From positions 787 through 64,786 of the forward strand of contig CAUTOX010000002.1 in NCBI GenBank assembly GCA_963539665.1: DNA of 64,000 nucleotides. Reading direction: 5' to 3'. Shown piece by piece: positions 49,944 through 56,216 of this stretch (its first letter is position 1; the number at the start of each line of letters is the position of its first letter). The notes below the pieces were generated by a model. That model had not been told where the DNA came from and ran no database searches. It worked only from the letters and a program-made list of their open reading frames with translations. This stretch comes from an uncultured Treponema sp. (GTDB lineage Bacteria; Spirochaetota; Spirochaetia; Treponematales; Treponemataceae). A program made the position numbers and the translations under genes.

Positions 49944-52450
49944 AGGATTTAATTTTGCAGTCCGCCGTCCTCCGGTGTGTTTGTGTAAACCTGCGAGGGG
50001 GAAATGCGTTGGGGCGGGCGGGATGAATTTTCCGGCGGAGTTAATTTTGCAGTCTGCCTACATCCGGCGTGTTTGGCGCAAACTGGCGAGAGAGGAATAC
50101 GTTGGGGCGGGCGGATGGATTTTTTCAGACGGATTTAGCTTTACCATCCGCTTGCCTCCGGCGTGTTTGGCGCAAAACGGCGAAAGGGGATGCGCTGAGG
50201 CTGGTGGGATGGATTTTTCTGACGGATTTAATTTTACCGTCCGCTTGCATCCGGTTTATTTGGCGCAAACCGACAAGAGGGAATGCGTTGGTGCGGGTGA
50301 GATGGATTTTTCCAGCGGAGTTAATTTTACCGTCTGCCTGCATCCGGCGTGTTTGTGCCAACCGGCGAGGGAGAAATGCGTTGATGCGGGATGGATGGAT
50401 TTTCCGGCAGAGTTAGTTTTACTGGCTGCCTGCATCCGGTTTGTTTGGCGTAAACCGGCAAGAGGGAATGCGTTGGGGCGGGCAGGATGAATTTTTCCGG
50501 CGGAGTTAATTTTATCGTCCGCCGGCCTCCGGTGTGTTTGGCGCAAACCAGCGAGAGAGGAATGCATTGGGGCTGCCGGGATGGATTTTCCGGCGGAGTT
50601 AATTTTACTGGCTGCCTGCATCCGGCGTGTTTGTGCAAACCGGTGAGAGAGGGAAATGCGTTGGGGCAGGCGGATGGATTTTTTCCAGCGGATTTAATTT
50701 TATCGTCCGTCTGCATCCAGCATGTTTGGCGCAAAACGGTGAGAGGGGAATGTGTTGGAGTGGGCAGAGGGATTTTTTCCAGCGGATTTAGTTTTACCGT
50801 CCGCCTGCATCCGATTTGTTTGGCGCAAACTGGCGAGAAGGGAATGCGTTGGTGTGAGCGGATGGATTTTTTCAGATGGAGTTAATTTTACCGTCCGCCT
50901 GCATCCGGTGTGTTTGCAACCGGCGAGAGAGGAGTGCGTTGGTGCTGACGGGATGGATTTTTCCAGCGGAGTTAATTTTATCGTCCGCCTGCCTCCGGTG
51001 TGTTTGTGCAAACCGGCAAGAGGGAATGCGTTGGGGCGGGCAGGATAGATTTTTTCAGATGGATTTAATTTTACCGGCCGTCTGCATCCGGCGTGTTTGT
51101 GCAAACCGGTGAGAGGGGAATGCGTTGGGGCGGGATGGATGGATTTTCTGGCGGAGTTAGTTTTATCGTCTGCCTGCATCCGGCGTGATTGGCGTAAACC
51201 GGAGAGAGAGGAATGCATTGGGCGGGCGGATAGATTTTTTCAGATGGACTTAATTTTACCGTCCGTCTGCATCCGGCGTGTTTGTGCAAACCTGCGAGAG
51301 GGAATACGTTGGGGCGGGCGGATGGATTTTTCAGATGGATTTAATTTTATCGTCCGCCGGCCTCCGGCGGAGTTAGTTTTACTGGCTGCCTGCATCCGGT
51401 GTGTTTGTGCCAACCGGCGAGGGAGAAATGCGTTGGTGCTAGCGGGATGGATTTTCCGGCGGAGTTACTTTTATCGTCCGCCTGACACCGGTTTGCGTAT
51501 GCAAAACGGTGAGAGGGAATGCGTTGGTGTGGGCGGAGGGATTTTTTCCAGCGGATTTAATTTTACCGTCCGCTTGCATCCGGCGTGTTTGGTGCAAAAC
51601 GGTGAGAGGAGGATGTGTTGGTGCGGGCGGGATGGATTTTCCGATGGATTTAATTTTACCGTCCGCCTGCATCCGATTTGTTTGGCGCAAAAAGGCGAGA
51701 GGGAAATACGTTGGGGCTGACGGGATGGATTTTCCGGAGGATTTAGTTTTACCGTCCGCCTGCATCCGATTTGCGTGTGCAAACCGGCGAGAGGGGAATG
51801 TGCGGGTGCTGGCGGGCTGGATTTTTCCGGCGGAGTTAGTTTTACTGCCTGCCTCCGGCGTATTTGGCGCAAACCGGCGAGAGGGGAATGCGTTGGTGCG
51901 GGCGAGATGGATTTTTCTGACGGATTTAATTTTACCGTCCGCTTGCATCCGGCGTGTTTGGCGCAAAACCGGAGAGAGAGTACCGCGCTGGTGCTGGCGG
52001 GATGGATTTTTCCGGCGGAGTTACTTTTGCAGTCCGCCGTCCGCCGGCGTGATTGGCGTAAACCGGAGAGAAAGGAATGCATTGGGCGGGCGGATAGATT
52101 TTTTCAGATGGATTTAATTTTACCGTCCGTCTGCATCCGGCGTGTTTGTGCAAACCGGTGAGAGAGGGAAATGCGTTGGGGCGGGATGGATGGATTTTTC
52201 GGATGGATTTAATTTTACCGTCCGCCTGACTTCGGTTTGCGTGTGCAAACCAGTGAGGGGAGTGCGTTGGTACGGGCGGGATGGATTTTTCCGGCGGAGT
52301 TAATTTTACTGGCTGCCTGCATCCGGCGTGTTTGTGCAAATCGGAGAGAGAGGAATGCGTTGGGGCGGATGGATTTTTTTCAGATGGATTTAATTTTACC
52401 GTCCGCCTGCATCCTATGTGCTTGTGCAACCGGCGAGAGGGAAACGACGC
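49944..52450. repeat. Array of about 27 degenerate tandem units of about 93 bp (hairpin-repeat family, minus orientation relative to the other clusters)
   Basis: Units start near 49947, 50040, 50133, 50226 and so on. Each contains TTAATTTTACCGTCCGCCTGCATCCGGCGTGTTTGTGCAAACCGG..GGGAATGCGTTGGGGCGGGCGGATGGATTTTT. Open reading frames appear in most frames on both strands. Confidence 0.9.
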
Positions 52451-52552
52451 TTGAAGACCGGACTCTAGTCGAGAACTCTTAAAAAAGGCTGCTGCCGCAA
52501 AACACTAAAAGCGGCAGCCGAACAAAACAGGCGCTCCTGCTGTTGGAAGAAC

Positions 52553-52695
52553 TTCTCTTCAGCATAATGAAGGGATGTCCTTCACGGTAATGAAGAACAC
52601 TCCTTCAGCATAATGAAGGGACGGCCTTCACGGTAATGAAGAACACTCCTTCTGCATAATGCAGGACAGCTCTGCACTATGCTGAAGGCAGAGGT
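52553..52695. repeat. Tandem 46-bp repeat made of two 23-bp half-units, about 3 copies, giving six phased CCTTCA-n6-TGAAG palindromes
   Basis: CCTTCAGCATAATGAAGGGATGT and CCTTCACGGTAATGAAGAACACT alternate. The offset between equivalent positions (52563, 52609, 52655) is 46. Confidence 0.8.
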
Positions 52696-52711
52696 CAGTT
52701 CCATCGTTCAA

Positions 52712-52835
52712 TAGACCTGTTCGGAAACTTCAGTTTCAGAACAGGCTACCTTGAAATGCGATGTTCTAAATCGTGCTATTTGCGCGATTTAGAACTCGAC
52801 GACCTGTTCGATAACTCTGTTATCGAACAGGTCTA
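52712..52835. mobile_element. Full-length (124 bp) MITE-like element with TAGACCTGTTCG...CGAACAGGTCTA termini and three internal palindromes
   Basis: TAGACCTGTTCGGAAACTTCAGTTTCAGAACAGG / TTCTAAATCGTGCTATTTGCGCGATTTAGAA / GACCTGTTCGATAACTCTGTTATCGAACAGGTCTA. Related copies lie at 30489-30589, 19350-19403, 28486-28522, 63021-63057 and 15844-15881. Confidence 0.7.
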
Positions 52836-53143
52836 ATCTCTATTCTCCGCTGCCCAACAAATTTCGTTTGAACCTAGTTTTGCCGCATGATAAAACGAGC
52901 GCGGGCGGTAACTCCGTTGCGTCTTTCAAATACCTTTTTTCTCGTCCGTAAAAGTCCATTTTCCTCCAAACATATCCATAATAGCATGGTTGTGGATATG
53001 CTCGGGCAGACGGAAGTTCTGTTATGTCTTTTAAACACTCTTTTTACCGCCCGCCGTTCCCATGTAAAAAGATTTCGTTATTTTGACAACCGGCGGTTTT
53101 ATTTATAGAATGCGGCTTCATATGACAGTTTGTAGGCGGGAAA

Positions 53144-55069
53144 ATGGCATACGTAAAAAATCTCTTCGATTCCAATTTTATTCAATATGCGAGTTATGTT
53201 ATCCGCGACAGGGCGATTCCCGAACTCATCGACGGCTTTAAGCCTGTCCAGCGGCGTATTTTGCATACGCTTTTGGAAAATGATGACGGCAAATTCACCA
53301 AAGTTGCAAATGTTGTCGGCAAAGTCATGGCATATCACCCGCACGGAGATGCGTCCATTTATTCCGCGCTCGTAAATCTTGCGAATAAAGAGATTTTTAT
53401 CGACAAGCAGGGGAACTTCGGCAATATGTACACCGGAGACAGCGCGTCGGCTCCCCGTTACATCGAATGCCGCCTCCGTCCCGTTACCAAAGAAATTATC
53501 TACAATCCCAAAATCACGCAGTACGTGCCGAGCTATGACGGACGCAGCAAGGAGCCGGTCGTATTCCGCGCAAAGTTGCCGCTCGTCCTTATCACGGGCG
53601 CGGAGGGGATTGCAGTCGGCATGAGTACGCAGATTTTAAGCCACAACGTCCATGAAGTTATCGAAGCCGAAAAAGCGTGCCTGCGCGGCGAGCCGTTCCA
53701 ACTTTTTCCCGATTTTCCGACCGGCGGGCTGATTGACTGCACGGAATACAAAGACGGACTGGGAAAAATCGTTGCGCGCGCCAAAATGGATACGAGCGAC
53801 GATAAAAAAATCGTTATCACGGAGCTTCCGTACGGCAGCACGTCGGAAAGTCTTATGGATTCGATTGAAAAAGCGGCGCGGAACGGCAAAGTCAAAATTG
53901 CGTCGATAAATGACTTTACTGCGGACACCGTAAATATCGAAATCCGCCTGCCGCGCGGCGTGTACGTCAAAGACGTTGTAGATTCGCTGTACGCATTCAC
54001 CGAGTGCGAAAAGACCGTCTACTGCAATCTGCTTGTTATAAAAGAAAATATGCCCGTTCAGATGACGGTAACGCAGGTTATTGAACACCATGCAAAGCAG
54101 CTGGTGGAAGTTCTGCATGACGAACTTGAGTTTGAAAAGTCGGAATTAAATGAAAAGCTGCACCTCCGGACGCTTGAGCGCATTTTTATCGAAGAGCGGA
54201 TTTACAAGTCGATAGAAGAGATGAAAACGGACGAAGCGGTCAAAGCGGCGGTCAAAGACGGCTTTATTCCGTTCAAAAGAGAGCTTTTGCGCGACGTAAC
54301 TGACGAGGACGTTGCTCACCTGCTCAAAATCCCCATCCGGCGCATATCGCTGTACGACATAAACAAAAACCGCGAGGAAGTGAACGCGATAAACGCGCGG
54401 CTTAAAGAAATTGCGCGCCTTTTGCGCCATCTTACCGACTATGCGCTCAGCTGGCTTGAGGGGATTGAAGCGAAACTTGAGCCGCCGCTCCTTACGCGCC
54501 GCACGACGCTCCAAACGATTGAAACAGTCGATGCGCGGAGCGTCGTCAAGCGCGATATTGCCCTGCGCTACGATGAACGCGCCGGTTATCTTGGTACGCA
54601 AGTGTATTTCGGAAGCGAATTGCTGAAAATCAGTCAATTTGACCGCATTCTCTACGTGCGGAAAAGCGGCATCTACACGGTTACGGAAGCCCCCGCAAAG
54701 GTTTTCGTTGGCCCCCAGCTGCGCTGCGTAACCTTTGCTGACAAGGAAAGCCTCGCAAAAATCCTGTTTACTGTCATTTATATGGAAAAAGAGACGCATC
54801 TGGCGTACATCAAACGCTGTAAGATTTCGGGCTACATCATGAACCGCGATTATTTTCTTGCGCCGGACGGAATGGACGTGCTGCACGTGGATATGCGAAA
54901 GAGTTTCACGTTTACGCTCCGCTACGTGCAAAAACCGCGCGTAAAAATCCTGACGGAAACATTTAAGGCCGAAAGTTTCCCGGAAAAAGGGCTGAAAGCG
55001 CAGGGCGTAAGAATTTCGGTAAAAGAGGCGGAAGCAGTTATTGTCGAAAATGAATCGGTAACAGGCTGA
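53144..55069 (+). CDS. parC: DNA topoisomerase IV / gyrase A-type subunit (short ParC-like form)
   Basis: DGFKPVQRRILH, AYHPHGDASIY and the active-site region SAPRYIECRL. At 641 aa it lacks a long C-terminal beta-pinwheel region, like spirochaetal ParC. Confidence 0.8.
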   Translation: MAYVKNLFDSNFIQYASYVIRDRAIPELIDGFKPVQRRILHTLLENDDGKFTKVANVVGKVMAYHPHGDASIYSALVNLANKEIFIDKQGNFGNMYTGDSASAPRYIECRLRPVTKEIIYNPKITQYVPSYDGRSKEPVVFRAKLPLVLITGAEGIAVGMSTQILSHNVHEVIEAEKACLRGEPFQLFPDFPTGGLIDCTEYKDGLGKIVARAKMDTSDDKKIVITELPYGSTSESLMDSIEKAARNGKVKIASINDFTADTVNIEIRLPRGVYVKDVVDSLYAFTECEKTVYCNLLVIKENMPVQMTVTQVIEHHAKQLVEVLHDELEFEKSELNEKLHLRTLERIFIEERIYKSIEEMKTDEAVKAAVKDGFIPFKRELLRDVTDEDVAHLLKIPIRRISLYDINKNREEVNAINARLKEIARLLRHLTDYALSWLEGIEAKLEPPLLTRRTTLQTIETVDARSVVKRDIALRYDERAGYLGTQVYFGSELLKISQFDRILYVRKSGIYTVTEAPAKVFVGPQLRCVTFADKESLAKILFTVIYMEKETHLAYIKRCKISGYIMNRDYFLAPDGMDVLHVDMRKSFTFTLRYVQKPRVKILTETFKAESFPEKGLKAQGVRISVKEAEAVIVENESVTG

Positions 55070-55675
55070 ATGGAAAAGCTAACCGCCTATGCCGCAGCGG
55101 AGTTGACCGTAAAAAAATCACGCTTTTTCAGCGAACTCTTTCCGTGCGCTGACCAAGCCGCCGCCCGCGCAATCATAAAAGCACAGAAAGCGCGATACAG
55201 CGACGCCGCCCACGTGGTACACGCTTTCGTGTTGGGCGCGAACGCGGAAATTATGGGCATGAGTGATGACGGAGAGCCGTCCGGAACTGCCGGCCGCCCC
55301 GCACTCGATGTGCTCAAAGGCAAACAGTGTACGGATTTAGTATTAACGGTAACGCGCTGGTTCGGCGGCATCCTTTTAGGGACCGGCGGCCTTGTCAAAG
55401 CATACGGCGAAAGCGCAAAGCGCGTCATTGCAGCGGCAGAAAGCGCAGGCGCATTTGCCCCCATCATTGCCGAAAAAATATTTACGTTCACCTGCGATTA
55501 CGCGCACTACGAAGCCGTCCGCCGCCAGATGGAACGCTTCGCCGTTCGCGGTTTAACAGAAAACTTCGGGGCGCTCGTTACCGTGCGCGGCTCCATCCCC
55601 GCCGAAAAATCCCCCGCATTCGCCCGCCAGCTTACAGATTGCAGCAAAGGCGCCATTGCATTAGGCTGGCAGTGA
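55070..55675 (+). CDS. yigZ: YigZ/IMPACT-family (UPF0029) protein
   Basis: KKSRFFSELFPC...HVVHAFVLG...SDDGEPSGTAGRPALDVL. There is a C-terminal DUF1949-like region. Confidence 0.75.
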   Translation: MEKLTAYAAAELTVKKSRFFSELFPCADQAAARAIIKAQKARYSDAAHVVHAFVLGANAEIMGMSDDGEPSGTAGRPALDVLKGKQCTDLVLTVTRWFGGILLGTGGLVKAYGESAKRVIAAAESAGAFAPIIAEKIFTFTCDYAHYEAVRRQMERFAVRGLTENFGALVTVRGSIPAEKSPAFARQLTDCSKGAIALGWQ

Positions 55676-56216
55676 AAGCCAAAAGACGAAATGCTGCATA
55701 GTGCGCCGCCTGCACAAGTTTACCTGCGGATATCCTTGAGCATCCGGCATTCGGGCATCTATTTTCACCGTCCGCGCCCATTGGTATTCCGCTTGTATCG
55801 TAGACGCTGCATTTTGAGCGCAAGCCGCGCAATTCACACGAGCGCTTTTCTAAATCACGTTCTATTGGCAGTACGTTCCGATTGGTACGCTCGTTATCAT
55901 GGGGTGATTTGAAAGAAATTCGGAAAAACGGAACTTAGGACGGGCAAACGGAGTTCGCTCCTGCTACACAGGAGTTACATTCCTCCACAAACTCCATGAA
56001 GTCGCATGCCGCAACATTCAGAGCCGCCCGAAGATCTCTGCATTTGACCGGCAGCTCAGCCATCGTTATTGAGCAAGGTTCATTTCTTAAAGGCAAAAAT
56101 ATTCCGCGTTATGCTATACTAGCCCTGTTCGCTTTGAACAGGACTGCGAGTTCAAGGGACGCACTTCCAAAGCGGAAGGCGAGGAACAGGTTTAATTACT
56201 ACTGAGGTACACAGAT

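Noticed and set aside
49944-52450. The regular array could be a CRISPR locus.
   Set aside because: The whole unit of about 93 bp is conserved with scattered mismatches. It does not alternate an invariant repeat of 28-37 bp with unique spacers. No cas genes are present in the window, and related units occur dispersed singly in other intergenic regions.
49975-52482. Many ORFs of 70-207 aa inside the array (for example 50700..51218, 51097..51720, 51471..52082) might encode a Cys/Arg-rich repeat protein.
   Set aside because: ORFs are open in most frames on both strands and are broken by the 92-95 bp length jitter. They have no start context and no recognisable domain, and the predicted proteins are implausibly Cys/Arg/Gly-rich. 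The openness follows from stop-poor repeat composition. A decayed ancestral gene cannot be fully excluded.
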